64,000 nt of DNA from Macrostomum hystrix (lineage: Eukaryota; Animalia; Platyhelminthes). This document shows positions 36,604 through 51,612 of this stretch, in pieces (positions within the stretch are counted from its first letter, which is position 1; each line of letters opens with the position of its first letter). The position numbers were made by a program, and so were the translations under genes. The stretch covers positions 5,456,001-5,520,000 of the forward strand of contig CATNEN010000007.1 of NCBI GenBank assembly GCA_950097015.1, in the 5' to 3' direction. Below the pieces are notes generated by a model. That model worked only from the letters and a program-made list of their open reading frames with translations, made no database searches and was not told where the DNA came from.

Positions 36604-39600
36604 ATGATCCGTACGCTGCTCACAGGCTCGCTCCCACCTTCAGCGCCAGCTCAGCCAGCCGTAAGAGTTCGACGTCGCCGCCGACTGTCGCCTCGCGCCG
36701 CCACCGCCGCCGCCGCCGCCGGCCTAGTGGCAAAATGGCGTCGACGCCGAGTTCTGACGCCGGCGAGCACAATGTCGGCGACCACCAACAGGTTGGTCTA
36801 CCGCGTCGGCTGGAGCCGCTGCGGCGGCGCTGATGTACTCTGCTGTGTCCTGGTGATCACCTCCGCCGACTGGGGTGAGTTCAGGCGTTTAGAAAATTAG
36901 CTTTCGTTCATCACCTGCTGTAGAGGGTTTGTCCATAGACAAAAACATTGAGAGAAAATTAATTGAGACTTAAATACATCACTCTAAAAATACATCTCGA
37001 TATGAAGTAAAAAAAAGAAATTGAAATTAAGAGGATAAAATCGTTCGAATTAAAATCCCAGTGATTTTCAGGTCCGGTGTGTTTAAATGCTGTTCACTTA
37101 AAAAACCTTAAGAAATAGAAGTCCCTTAAAATTCGTACCCCAGCTAACTTAAATCCCAGCAAATTCAATTCCCAAAAACTGAAGTCCTAGGAAATTGAAA
37201 TCACAAGAAATCGAAAACCCTAAAAGAATCTCTATTCCAGCTTATCGGAATTCCTGGGATTTTAATCCCCATCAGCTGCAATCCGATAAACTTAAGTCCG
37301 GTAAAATTCTAGTCACAGGAAGTTATTTGAAATCTTCAAAAGTGTTCATGGCCGTCTATTAATTTCCGCCGTAACCCTTGGTGACGGGACTCGCTTTTAC
37401 GAGAGTGGGGTTGAAGATTGGGAGAGCACATTATTGCACGCCCCTCCTGTACATCTCTAGCCAGTGTACATCAATCTTCAACCTCCGGTCCAACAAAGTC
37501 AGCCCAGCTGATTACGTAATCGCGTTCGCGTAGGGCGTTAAGAAACGCTGTTAAGAAAACGCCCACAGCAAGTCAGTCAGCTGGACACCCTCAGCGGTCG
37601 AGTAGATGGACAGGGAGAGACTTTGGGGATGCTTGTGACTCGGTCCCACATAGCCTGCTGGTTGGTTAGTTTTATAAAGGGGCCTCCAGAAAAAGGTGGC
37701 GCTCCGCGAGTTTGCTTTGGGGAAAACCGCAGCCGCTGCTTCAGCTGATGACGCCAGGCAGGGGGGCCGGGTGGGTGAGTAAGAGACTGAGCTGCTTTCT
37801 CGGGCGGCCTTGAAGCTGCGAAATGTGACGAAGGAGGCGTAGAAAACTCAATTATCCCATATTGCATTCACTCCTTCTCCCTCTTCTCCCCGCCCTATTC
37901 TCCCCGGATTTCGCTTCGGGCTGGCATGCGGCGGCTGCATGTAAGGTCGGTCTGTCCCGAATCGCGTTCAAAGATCGCGAGTTTCGAGTTGAAATGGCGG
38001 GATGTGAGAATTTTTGTCGCTTTAAGATTTTTTTGTCAATGAAACTATATAATATGTGCTTGCATCTGAGAACCAACATTTTTTGAAAGAAAACTAGTAG
38101 TTTTAAAAAGAATTCCCTCTGACCCATTCCGGACCGTTAATTTACTTATCCTGGTCTACTTAACGACCCATCCTGACCTACTCGTACCTTATAACCCATC
38201 CTGACCTACTCAATCACCCATCCTGACCTACTCAATGATCCATCCTGACCTACCTTATAACCCATCCTGACCTACTCAATCACCCATCCTGACCTACTCA
38301 ATGATCCATCCTGACCTACCTTATAACCCATCCTGACCTACTCAATGATCCATCCTGACCTACCTTATAACCCATCCTGACCTACTCAATCACCCATCCT
38401 GACCTACTCAATGATCCATCCTGACCTACCTTATAACCCATCCTGACCTACTCAATGACCCATCCTGACCTACTCAATGACCCATCCTGACCTACTCAAT
38501 GATCCATCCTGACCTACCTTATAACCCATCCTGACCTACTCAATCACCCATCCTGACCTACTCAATGATCCATCCTGACCTACCTTATAACCCATCCTGA
38601 CCTACTCAATGACCCATCCTGACCTACTCAATCACCCATCCTGACCTACTCAATGATCCATCCTGACCTACCTTATAACCCATCCTGACCTACTCAATCA
38701 CCCATCCTGACCTACTCAATGATCCATCCTGACCTACCTTATAACCCATCCTGACCTACTCAATCACCCATCCTGACCTACTCAATGACCCATCCTGACC
38801 TACTCAATGATCCATCCTGACCTACCTTATAACCCATCCTGACCTACTCAATCACCCATCCTGACCTACTCAATGATCCATCCTGACCTACCTTATAACC
38901 CATCCTGACCTACTCAATGACCCATCCTGACCTACTCAATGACCCATCCTGACCTACTCAATGATCCATCCTGACCTACTCAATGATCCATCCTGACCTA
39001 CCTTATAACCCATCCTGACCTACTCAATGACCCATCCTGACCTACTCAATGACCCATCCTGACCTACTCAATGATCCATCCTGACCTACCTTATAACCCA
39101 TCCTGACCTACTCAATCACCCATCCTGACCTACTCAATGATCCATCCTGACCTACCTTATAACCCATCCTGACCTACTCAATCACCCATCCTGACCTACT
39201 CAATGATCCATCCTGACCTACCTTATAACCCATCCTGACCTACTCAATCACCCATCCTGACCTACTCAATGATCCATCCTGACCTACCTTATAACCCATC
39301 CTGACCTACTCAATCACCCATCCTGACCTACTCAATGATCCATCCTGACCTACCTTATAACCCATCCTGACCTACTCAATCACCCATCCTGACCTACTCA
39401 ATGATCCATCCTGACCTACCTTATAACCCATCCTGACCTACTCAATGACCCATCCTGACCTACTCAATGACCCATCCTGACCTACTCAATGATCCATCCT
39501 GACCTACTCAATGATCCATCCTGACCTACCTTATAACCCATCCTGACCTACTCAATCACCCATCCTGACCTACTCAATGATCCATCCTGACCTACCTTAT

Positions 39601-42600
39601 AACCCATCCTGACCTACTCAATGACCCATCCTGACCTACTCAATCACCCATCCTGACCTACTCAATGATCCATCCTGACCTACCTTATAACCCATCCTGA
39701 CCTACACAATCACCCATCCTGACCTACTCAATGATCCATCCTGACCTACCTTATAACCCATCCTGACCTACTCAATCACCCATCCTGACCTACTCAATGA
39801 TCCATCCTGACCTACCTTATAACCCATCCTGACCTACTCAATCACCCATCCTGACCTACTCAATGATCCATCCTGACCTACCTTATAACCCATCCTGACC
39901 TACTCAATCACCCATCCTGACCTACTCAATGACCCATCCTGACCTACTCAATGATCCATCCTGACCTACCTTATAACCCATCCTGACCTACTCAATCACC
40001 CATCCTGACCTACTCAATGACCCATCCTGACCTACTCAATGACCCATCCTGACTTACTTAATGACTCATCCTGACCTACTTAATGACCCATCTTGACCTA
40101 CTGAGTGACTCATCCTGACCTACTCAATGACCCATCCTTACTTACATAATGACCCATCCTTACTTACATAATGACCCATCCTGACCCGCCTACCTAGTCC
40201 TTTCAGACTCCTGGTTTTCCCAAACTGACTTCTCATTCAGTGCTGATCGGTCAATCGATTGTCCTCTCTGCTTTGTCCTCTGTCTTAGCGCTGCAGTGTA
40301 GTCCAGCGCAATGCCTCGAAAAAGCTCATTCGCCTAAAAATGAGGCCGCGTGAACGGGGCAAGTACTTTTGAACACACCACTGTGTTTTGCGGGTGTACG
40401 ATTGCACTGGAGACACAGGTGCCACCCATCCCCGTGTTCCAATCCCCTTTAGCCAGACCCTCTGCCCCTATTTCCCAACTGTAAAATGAAATGATTTGAG
40501 GCAAAACGTGGGAATTCTCCCCTCATCCCTGCCGTCCCTGCTAATCCCGCTGCAGCACTGCCCGTCCCCAATGCCCACCTACCCGAACCCTCTCCGCCAA
40601 GGGCAAGTGGGGCAGGCGAGGGCGACAGCACAGCAGAGCGAAGTGGGCAAGCAATGCGGAGGGGGAATGGGATATGGCGGCTGAGGTGGGGATGTCTCCC
40701 CACAATCTCTTCCACTAGCCTCTACATCGATCAGGCTTATTCTCGCGTCAGCCTAGGCGGGGGTCGAGAGGAAGGAGGTACATTGGGGTGGGGATAGGCG
40801 GTGGGTACAGCTGCTGCCCCATGCACAGCGGAGAGCCCAAGCCAGGCCAATTTCTGTTGGCTGTGAGCTGAGTAGAAGGGAAAAGAGAGAAAATGGGGGT
40901 TGAGAGCGGCGAGGGGAGCTGGAAGGCCCGGTCTTCTAAAGGGGATGCCGCCGGCCCTGGGGGATGGGAGAAACAACTTCCCGAACTGGCCCGACAGACA
41001 AGCGGGGAAGCCTGGAAAAGCTAAAATAATCCCTTCACTTGCTGTAGCAGCAGAAGCAGCAGCAGCAGCAGCGGTGGTGTTTCCTTAAAAAATTATCGAC
41101 ATGCCGATCGCACGGCACTGATCATTTGCAGTCAGGGCTGACAGCTGCCACAATTAGCATTCCTGACGCACGGCTGCGAACCTGAGCTCACAGTAACACG
41201 GCCAAAACACCCCTCCACAACTGCCGACTTTCTGCAGTCTCCTGGCGGCAAAGGCGTCAACAGCAGCCGCTGCAGTTTCACCGGAAGATTTTGATGGGCA
41301 ATAGGCAGGCTACTAGCGAGCAGCGGGATCAGCAACAGCAGCAGCAGCAACAGCAGCAGCCGCGTCGCAAGCGTCGGAGCAAGGGAAAGCCGGAAGAAGC
41401 GGCGAATCATCAGCCGTCGGCGCCGCCGACGCCGCCTTCTCCGCCACTGACGCCGCCGCTGCCTCGGGCTCAGATTTCTGTAGAGGAAGTCCAGGCTGAG
41501 CCGGATGAGAATTCCACGAAACCGGAGCTGAGACACGGCGATGAGGGCTCGTCGTCGCAGGCCTACATGTACAAACTGCTTCCGCCACCGCCGGACCCGC
41601 TGATGAACCGCGAAGATTCGGAAGAAAACTTCAGCGGCTTCGGCAGCCTTGGCGGTGGTGGCGGCAGCGGCGGCGGAGGCGGCGGTCTTGGCGGCATGAA
41701 ACGCTCGCCGGCCTTCGACGCGGATGTCAGCGGCCTGCTGACCAAGACGGACGAGCAGATCCGCTGTCTGGTGGCCCGCACCGCGGCCTGCTGCGTCGTT
41801 AACGACGACCACCTGTTCCCGGACTCCGTGACGCCGTGCAAAGTCGACGGCCGCCTAACCAACGACTACGACATCCCCTACATTGACGACGATTTTTTTA
41901 TCTTCGACGAGTGGTACATCACGGACGACAAGCGCTGGTCCTGCCTGAGGAAGGCGGAGCTGCCCCGCCTGGCTGAGTGCGAGGACAGCCGAGTGACGGA
42001 GTCGGGTGAGTGCCTGCCCGCCTGTCTGGGAGCATTGCCGGGAGAATAGTCATCCTTGAGACCCGAGTATGAGAGAATCTGGAGAATTTTTTATTTCGAA
42101 GAGTGAGATTTTTATGACAATAGGATATAAATATTTATAGGATATTCCCAAGAATGGTATATTCCCTAAAATGGGATATTCCTAAGAATGGGATATGCTG
42201 AGAATGAGGTATTCCTGAGAATGAGATGTTCATTAGTATATTTCTAAGAATGTAATATTCATGGATAATGAAGTTAAACAGAACGTGTAATCAATCTATA
42301 GTAGAGAAAATAGAGAAAGCAGGATCTACGCTTCAGTGCATGCTTTTCGCTCGCAATGGAGATTTTAGTTCGCATTTTTGTGGCTAAATTTGCAGAATAA
42401 CAAAATACTGGACAGTCAGTCCTACTATTTTAAAAGCATTACTGCACCAAACTTTATGACTGGATTGGGGCACTGCAAGGAGAGCCGATAAAAAGCTTGA
42501 TTGTTATAAATGAGCATTTTTTCTCACGATCCTACGCACATTTTTGGGCCATCTGAGTGGCAAGCGAACACGCGTCTATTAACTCACTTTTAAGTTCATG

Positions 42601-43842
42601 CTAACAAAAATGTTCTGAAGTTCGAATTCCGATAGCGAGAAGGCCATTCTGCCCGTTTCGCTGACTCCCGAGCACACACACACATACATACCGTACGCAC
42701 GCACTCGCTCACACAGGTGTGTACACCTGCCCTGACTTTCTCATCGTCAGGGCGTATGTTACGACCCTCAAGGGCGTAAATTGCACGACAAGCCCCCAAG
42801 CCTTCTCTCCGCGGCTGCACCCCAAATGAATGTGGCCTCGCCGCGGAATCGAGCTCAGGGACCTTGGTGCGAGAGGTGGACGCCTTAACCGCTCTCCCAA
42901 TCACCCCTTATTTGTTTTCCTATTCTCTACATGCCCTCCCTGTACCTAAAAATGCAGTGAGCTTCTGAAACAGCAAAATTACTCAGAAACTATAGTATAT
43001 AGGCCATAGCCACATCGGCATAGTAAATAATATAGTATGAAGAAGATCAACATTTTAGGAATAAAGCTTTGTAAAATTAGTTTGAGCTACTACATGTTAA
43101 GTAAGCTATATGGAAAGAAGAGCTTTAAATCTGCTTCAAATCACTATTTTAATGGGAAAAAGTGAGCATTTCCTATCCCCGTTGCGGATTTTTCGGCGAA
43201 AACCTGGCTCCTATACTTTTTTCTAAGAAACGTAGTTTTCCGTCCTTCTACCCCTAATGGTCATTGTATCACGGATAAATATGCCGAATTCCTAGGCTCC
43301 CAGAAATATGGGACCTTAGTTATCAAGTAATAGCAAGTTTCTGCTAATTCAATGGAATCCCCGGCTTGACCAGTTTAGCTGGTTGCTACCCGGCAACGAG
43401 CTCGATCGGGCCTGAATAAACACTTTCAGAGCTTCTGCCTCGACCCTTTGCTGCTGTCTACTGGATGTATATGGGATGGGATATTAACGCAGAGGTTGGG
43501 AAGCCTTACCGAAGCTGGTTGGAGAGAGAGGGAATGTGTGTGCGGAGGCGATAACGAGTTGCCACGGAACGCATGGCTTGTCATCGCTACCGACTGGGGC
43601 TTTGGCAAAATCTGGGCTGGATTTACTGATGTTGGTTTTTCATTCTAAAACCCAAGACTGCTTGGCATTCTGACGGATTTGGCTTCTGGATTCGAGCAGC
43701 CGTGTTGAGCACACAATTCTATGGGCCAGTTTTTGTCAACTAGTTTAATAGTCAGCCAAACTAACACTGCAGGCTGTGCCTCATTCGGACAACTGTCTGC
43801 CTTTGCCTCTCTGCGATCCTTTGTCTGCCTGTCAGTCAGTCC

Positions 43843-43904
<62 letters not shown>

Positions 43905-44606
43905 GTCTTCTTATCTGTCTGTCTCTGTCTCAGTCTGTCTGTCTCTGTATCTGTCTGTCTATTTCTGTATCTGTCTGTCTATTTCTGTATCTGTCTGTCT
44001 ATTTCTGTATCTGTCTGTCTATTTCTGTATCTGTCTGTCTATTTCTGTATCTGTCTGTCTGTCTTTTCCTCTGTTTTTATAGTTATGATTTTTGTCTGTC
44101 TCTTTAACTGTCCGTATTTTCGCAGTGTCAGTGGCCCGCTCTCCTCTGTCCGCATTTTTGCTCAGTGTTTCATCTAACAGCAGCCCCAAGTCTCACAGCT
44201 CAGTTTTTTGTTGCACTGCGTCCTGAGTTCGAATTTCAGCAATAAACTAGTAATCGTCTTTTTCAGATACTTAAATCGATCACAAAAACTGTTTTTAAGC
44301 CAAATTCAGAATCCTAGAACGGCTAGGAGTGCAGTCGGGTGGAATTTTTGTTATTGCCCTGCACCCTTGAAACAGGCAGGCACGCTCCTCGCTGCAGAGA
44401 TCCGACAGACACTCTGTGTGCCAGTCCATCTGTCCGTCTGGGGTGCAAAAAAACCTTTGAAAAACATCTTAAGACATTTTTCTTGGCCTGTTTCGTTTCT
44501 CTGTTTCCACTTAAATTCCTGATAATGAGCGCTGAACATCAGGACTGTCTCTGCAATGGGACGCATCGATGCCATGGACAGGCTGAACCAGACCTGGTCT
44601 TTCAAC

Positions 44607-44637
<31 letters not shown>

Positions 44638-46672
44638 CGGTGCTGCAAAAGTTCCTATTCTATGTTTTTAAAGCTATTCGATAGATCGGAAACACAACAA
44701 CTATTTAACAGAAGAATGACATGCTTTCAAGCTTGAAATACCAAATGCCTATTTCACGATAGCTCCCAAACCGAATGACCAGTTTGCGTGGAAGTCCACC
44801 GATTTTTGGGATTGTAAGAATTTCGGATTTTTGTGAATTCTGTACTTTTTGGATCTGTGATGTTTATCGATTTGCATTTTTATGGATTTAGGATTTTATC
44901 TTTTTAGGATTTTTATCTATTTGGGATTATTTATCTATTTGGGATCTTTGTCTATTTGGGATTTGAATTCATCTATTTAGGATTTTTTTCATTTTGGGAT
45001 TGCTCAGGATTCCTAAGAATTAGCCAAAGTACGTGTTTCGCTGTCGTCTGGGATTTGGGCTAAAGAATCCCCTCTCCCCTCACCCGCCCACATCCCGACA
45101 GTGGTGACCAGCCTGAGGCCGACGCCAGAGCACAGGCAGCAGCCCGCCCAGACCCTTGGCCGCTCCGTGCGCCTCTTCGGTCTCTGCTGTGGAGGCCGGC
45201 AGCGCAGGAGGCGTTCTTAGCAACGCCTGGCAACCAATGTGGAGACCTCGCCTCCCTCACTGGGCACACGGCTTAGAAAAGGCAGCTCATGTCATATCGA
45301 AGGTAAACTTGCGAGAACGTGTTTATGTGACCGGAGAATTATATTTTTCCTTTAAAATAATTTCTTCAAAACTGAGTTGCCCTTCTTCGATATTGAGCTG
45401 CTTGTTTATCACCTTGTTCCATTCCTACTGAACAATCCAGAATAATTTGACTTACAAAAAGTTGCGATTATAAGTAGTCAGTGATGCGTATTGCCTGCAA
45501 AGACATTTGAAATTCTATTGCTGACAGTTTGACTAATGCTTTTTATTTGCTTTACTGATAGCATAGTTTTTTGTTTCAGGGTACTTCAATAATTTTAGAA
45601 TATTATTGCTTTAACTATAAATTGATTTATCTATTAGTGTACTTTTTCAGAAGTATCTCAGTCCAAATTAATCTTCCCGTTATTTGGCATTCCTGTCTGA
45701 TTTATTGTTTGCGTGCCCTTTGAAGCTGAAGAAAACTTTTTTGCGCAAGCCCCTGTCTATTAGCTTGGATATGATTGGCTGTATATCTAAGCTTTTCTAT
45801 CCCCTTCCTCCCGCCCACCTCACTCCAGGCCCCACTCCTCACCCAGACCCAAACGGAACACTCAGTTCCACTTCACTCCCAGCCCAACCTCACTCCCAGC
45901 CCTACCTCACTCCCCGGCCCACCTAACTCCCAGCCCCACTTGATTTCCAGTCCCAATCACTCCCAGCCCAACCTCACTCCCAGCCCTACCTCACTCCCCG
46001 GCCCACCTAACTCCCAGCCCCACTTGATTTCCAGTCCCAATCACTCCCAGCCCTACCTCACTCCCAGCCCCTACTCACTCCTAGGCCCACCTCAATCCCG
46101 GCCTTACGTCACTCCCAGCCCCACTTGATTTCCAGCCCCACCCCACTCCCAGCCCCACCTCACTCCTAGCCCCACCTCACTCCCAGCCCCACCCCACTGC
46201 CAGCCCCACCCCTTGCAAGCCTAGTGAAAAGATTAGGGCGCACAGGTTCCGAAAAACATAGTCAGAGAAAACTTCCAACCTTATCTTCCATAAATAACCA
46301 CGAGGATTCCATTGATTTATTTCGCTGTAACTTTAAGTTTTCGACGGTGATGGTAGTTTGTTTTTGCTTTGCTTCACCAATGGTGGCTGTTCCTAACAGT
46401 GCGCTGTTTTGAAAGAACTCTAGCTATTTATTGTTAAGCAGAACATATCAGCAGTTTTTGCCTTGATTTTGTCTATCTCTATAGTGTATTTTATTAAGAC
46501 CCGTCACTGCACAATCAAGCCTAAAATGTCTCCCAAAGAATTCATCTGTTGGAATAGTCATTTTCAGTGTCTATGTCGGCCTCAGTGCTTAGATTTGGCA
46601 ATACAATACCGCCACGCGGTCTCTGTTCGGGCTGTGAAAATTGTCTCAGATCGGAGCTCCCAGCGGCTGTGA
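36604..46672 (+). CDS. Putative orphan protein; exons 36604-36874, 41238-42005, possibly 46650-46672
   Basis: Two GC-rich coding-like blocks with gtgagt donors join in frame (phase 1) via acceptor ctttctgcag; low-complexity Q/P/G segments and YDIPYIDDDFF; no recognised family; last exon speculative. Confidence 0.5.
38150..40190. repeat. About 2-kb satellite of 19/20-bp monomers (CCATCCTGACCTAC core) with higher-order organisation
   Basis: Monomers ending TCAATCAC, TCAATGAT, TCAATGAC and CTTATAAC recur in order. Confidence 0.95.
42640..42902 (-). mobile_element. tRNA-derived SINE family A copy
   Basis: Near identical to parts of 24110-24320. Confidence 0.85.
43840..44065. repeat. (TCTG)n microsatellite grading into a 20-bp unit
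   Basis: Directly visible. Confidence 0.9.
45870..46212. repeat. C-rich degenerate repeat (CTCACTCCCAGCCC) with an internal duplication
   Basis: Directly visible. Confidence 0.8.
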
Positions 46673-46931
46673 CCGCCGTCGCACTTGACGCAGCTATGCC
46701 TGAGGTGCGACCACTCACCCGCCGCTGGGTTCGGTCCGTTTATTGATTGCCCAGACTGGCCAATCGGCTGTCTAGGAATCTGCGGACGCCATCTGAGAAA
46801 TTCTCACCTGAATGAAGACATACTAGCTCATAAATTCTGACTTCACTTTAGATTGAAAGAATCAAATCAGCGAGACAGACAGACACCTGAAAATTTGCTT
46901 TTCCGATGACTTTCTAAGCGAAAATCGTGGA

Positions 46932-47268
46932 CCAGATCCTCAGGACTGGACTGCAACTCTCCCAGATCCTCAAGACTGGACTGCAACTCTCCCAGATCCT
47001 CAGGACTGGACTGCAACTCTCCCAGATCCTCAGGACTGGACTGCAACTCTCCCAGATCCTCAGGACTGGGCTGCCACCCTCCCAGATCCTCAGGACTGGA
47101 CTGCCACCCTCCCAGATCCTCAGGACTGGGCTGCCACCCTCCCAGATCCTCAGGACTGGGCTACCACCCTCCCAGATCCTCAGGACTGGGCTACCACCCT
47201 CCCAGATCCTCAGGACTGGGCTGCCACTCTCACAGATCCTCAGGACTGGGCTGCCACTCTCCCAGATT
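46932..47268. repeat. 30-bp minisatellite CCCAGATCCTCAGGACTGGRCTGCMACYCT
   Basis: 11 copies visible, with variants changing along the array. Confidence 0.95.
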
Positions 47269-50200
47269 CTTAACTATTTCAAAATATCGTAAAAATTCGT
47301 ATATTATTCATTTTAATTGTTAGAGTTTCGGTTTTCACTTAAAATTCGTGTTAAAACTTTGAACAGCTGATTTGATTTAATTAAAAAAATCGAAGTTTGA
47401 TTGGTATTTCTTTTTGTAGTTTTTTCTTTAACCTCCAACTAAAAATGCCACCAAATGGAGCACACATTGAAGAAAACTTCTTCATCATTTCTGCACTGCG
47501 GATGGCAGTTGATCTATTTTGCAGGTGTTTTTCAGGTTTGTTGTGAAACTTTTGTTTTCAATTTAATTTTTTTGGCGCTGTTTCCTTTCTTTTCTAAAAT
47601 CGGCACTTTTGCTGACTTACTCGGTCCAACTTTGGTCTCACCTGTCTGTTGGTGCCCAGGTATAAATTTTTATCGCTATGAAACTTTCGGTTGGGTATAA
47701 AAAATGCGCCGTATTGAAAATGACCGAAAGGACCCAACCCAAACTAGTCACATTTTATCCGTTGTAAAACAAAATCGCATTCTGACCAAGCCATGGGTTA
47801 AGTGAGTCTAGTCTCGCTGCCCCGTGTTGCAGACCCCTCTGTTGTGCCACGTGCATTTTTTGCTTTTTAGTGAATCACTTCGATTTGCTTAGTGAGGTAT
47901 AGGAATTTTTTAGAACTATTCAAATTAGTATGATGTCATACTTTGAATCGAAAAAATACTTATATTTAATGCTTATTACTGTAGTAATTGTGATTTGTTA
48001 TCTCATGTTCATCTTCACGCTCATTTTAAATGCAAAACTCTCATTTGATTGCGTGTGGGTGGATCGGAAACACAATCTTGCATCTCGATTTTCGGCTGTC
48101 ATTTACCCAACTATATGCTTCAATTGATGACACATAATTGTGCTATTTGTGCAACTCTAGAATGTCAATTAAAAAATAAGCAACTGTAATTCCTGTGTTC
48201 AAGTCAAGGCTATCCCTCAGGTTTTCACACTGCAATAGAACACTCAACTATGCTCGCAATACTACAGAAAATACGATGCAAATTTACATGCTTGGATGTG
48301 TGATCATGCACTTTATATGATGGAATTGGAAATATATGCTTTTGCGCTTTAAGAAAGAAACTCGAAAAAATATTTACATTTGGTTTCCACATTTTTTAAT
48401 GAATTTTCTAAATGTAAACCGTAAAATCAAAATCTCTTTCACAGCATCGTTTGAAAATGCGATTACTTTTCCTGGGGCTTCCTGTAGCAAACTTCTAAAT
48501 TTTAAGGAATTTCACGACCACGGGACTACCGTAAACCTTCGAAATTTTCAAACCTTTATTGTTGAAACCTTTCATAATGCCGAAAAATATGCCATAGATT
48601 GGCCAAGAACTTCGAATATCATCATCGATTAGCATTATAGTAAAGCACTGGGCAAGTGACTCCCGACGGAATAAATTGAACGTGTATATTTTATATTAAA
48701 TATTCAAAAGTTTAACTTCTTAATTTACAACAGAGACTATGTTCAAACACAGTATCTAAATCAAGCGAAAAACTTAGATAGATTTTACTCTTAAACTTTT
48801 TATTAAAGAGGCCTACATTTGAATTTTGCATTGGACTTGCATTTTGGGACGAATTTAAAGTTTCGGGTCGCATGTGGCCGCGCGCGCTATTAGGAGCCTG
48901 TTGTGTAGCTCGTTAATTCAGATCGTCAACCGTACTGTCTAGTCCTGGACTTCACAAAAAACATACATATAAAAAACTTATCGCCTAAGACGATATAGCT
49001 ATAGTGTACGTGGTAGGTCTAGGTTATGTAGTTTTTCAAATAACTTGTGTTGCATCTTTATATTGTTATGATGTATAATAATGTTGTTTGTCGAATACAC
49101 ATATTCACCCAATCGCTAGATATAAATGCTTAGATAAAAATTTAGAAAAAATTCTAAATAGTCTCTAATCTTTATTATTATTATTATAGCATTCTAGCTG
49201 TAGTTCCTAGCTTAATGCTGCTTGCCTTGGAAGATTTCAGGTTCTTTTTTTAGTTTTTAATATGGAAATAATATAATTACAACTTAAAATACAACTTCAT
49301 ATGAGTAAAGCCACTTCGTTAACAACTGTGTTGGCCATATGAGTAATGACTCATTTACGATGTAATAAATTTACAGTAATAAAAGCTATCTAAGTTAAAC
49401 AATTTCGAGTAGCATTTTAGACAGAATAAGTACAGTTTACACCTTAGTGCATTCAATTTTCTTTTCTGTCTATCAAAATTTGAGCCTTAATTTACATAGA
49501 TATATTTATACATGGTGCACCCCTGGGCTTAATTACTATTCGGAATTCTATTAAATAAATACTCAGATTAAAGATTGTAAACTATTTTAGTGTGAAAAGT
49601 GTGTTAAAATATTTTTAAATTAAAAGTTTTTTTTGACATTAAAGACTATATATAACTAGACCACTAGATTACATATTATCAGACCATTTTTTACCAAAGT
49701 GGTTGTTACCAAAGTAGACTGTTACCTAATCATATTACTTGGTCCAACTGTGGCTTTACTTGTCTATTGGTACCTAGGTATAAATATTTATTGCTAGACA
49801 TAGACAGACAAAACATAGAAATAAGTTATTTTTTAGTCTTTTAAGTGTTGGTTTGGCATGAAAACAAAAATAGGTTTAGGGGCCTAATATTTCTAAATTT
49901 TGGTACAATTTAGCATAGTCAAATGAAATCTTTAAGTTGCAATTTTGCAATTATATTTAATTTTGTAGGGTTCTTTTTTGGCAAAAGCTGATTTCATTAT
50001 TAGATATAAAAATATAGAAATTCACATTAAGTATACTTAACTGAAATTGAAAGTCAACAATAATATTTTTTCAGTTTATTATATTCTATTGGGTTCATAT
50101 ATAACTATATTTACAATCTTCTTATGATTTAGTAATTGTAAATTAAATTTAGTAGCCATTAGAATAGCCTGTTTAGAATACAGCCTAACTCCACAAGGTT

Positions 50201-50340
50201 AAAAGCAACTAAGACTTTTAATTGTTTGATTATAAGATGTTTAGTTAAATGTTTATCTTTGATAAAACCTTATCAAAAAAAATTTAGCACAAAAATTGAA
50301 ATTAGGCCTATGTTTTCTCTTTCTAGTCTCCAGATTTAAA

Positions 50341-51302
50341 ATGGCAAGTGCTACAAATGCAAAAAGTCTAATCTTCACTGGTCCACCAGGTTAGATATTT
50401 TTTCATTTCTATTAAATAAGTTTTTATTTCTAGCTTCTTGTTATAAACCTAAATCAATTAAAAAAGGCTTTTGTTAGTTAAGTGGGATAAATTCTCAATA
50501 AATACAGAAAAGTCAATATCAGTACTTATCATCAGAGTCGATACAGAATGATATAGACAAGACATGCAAGCTATGAAGTTCTGCAGTCAGGAATGTGTAT
50601 ATTGGCACATTTTAATTGCATTCAGGCATTGGCAAGACAACTGCCACGCGTCGGCTGGCTGATCTGTGGCTCAGCCGGGGTCGCCCAGCTACTGGATTCT
50701 ACACCGAGGAGGTCAGGCTGAATGGCAGGCGAATTGGCTTCGATGTGGTGTCCATCCCCCATGGCAGTCGAGCTGTATTGGCCAGGACTAAGTAAGTAGT
50801 TCACTGTTGTCGAGTTGCTCATTTCGATTTTTGTCTACAATGCTCTCAATTTAACAAAAACGTCCTTTCTCCAAGGCCATACGCCAACTTTGCCCAGCAG
50901 TTGCCGCAGCAGCAGCCGCCGCGCGTTGCCTCCTACCTTGTCAACGTCGCCGCTTTCGAAGCGGCAGCCGCAGCTGCACTTAGGCCAGCTCTGGAGTGCG
51001 AGCTGCCGAATCCTTCGCTTCTGGTTGTAATTGACGAAGTTGGCAAAATGGAGCTATTCAGCGGTCTATTTCGTAGTCTAGTGGAGCGCCTGCTTAAAGA
51101 AGTGACTAGACCTGATCAACCGCCCTACCGGTTGCTAGTGACGCTACCAATTTCTAAGGGCCCGCGAGAAGATGGATTAATTAGCCGGCTGAGATTGGCC
51201 AGCGGCGACAGTTTCCAGTTGATTGCACTGGCGCACGAGTCACGCAACGCGGCGCCCGAAGCTGGGCTGAAGATTTTGGAGATTGATCTAGCTGCGAAAT
51301 AG
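50341..51302 (+). CDS. NTPCR: Cancer-related nucleoside-triphosphatase (THEP1/NTPase_1 family); exons 50341-50389, 50626-50791, 50876-51302
   Basis: IFTGPPGIGKTT (Walker A), GFYTEEVRLNGRRIGFDVV, VVIDEVGKMELFS. Confidence 0.95.
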
Positions 51303-51612
51303 ACTATTCACAATACTTAAGACACTACCGATGAAACATTAATCAAGCGTACATTTTATATGCCGATTCTGTGCTTTACTGTTTAATGCATTTCAATCTT
51401 GGATAAGAATTTTCTCATTTATTTGGTTTCGAGTGTCTTAAATATCTTTTAACATTTGCTGCTAAAATATTGTATAAAAATAAAACACTGCTCTAAATGC
51501 AAATTACAAACTTCATTTTTTTTCAAATTTGTCGATTTTATTTCTTAAGAGACTTAAAAGCCCGCGTTTTTCTTACGCGCATTTTCTCCGCAATGTACGA
51601 TAATTTTCGCAC

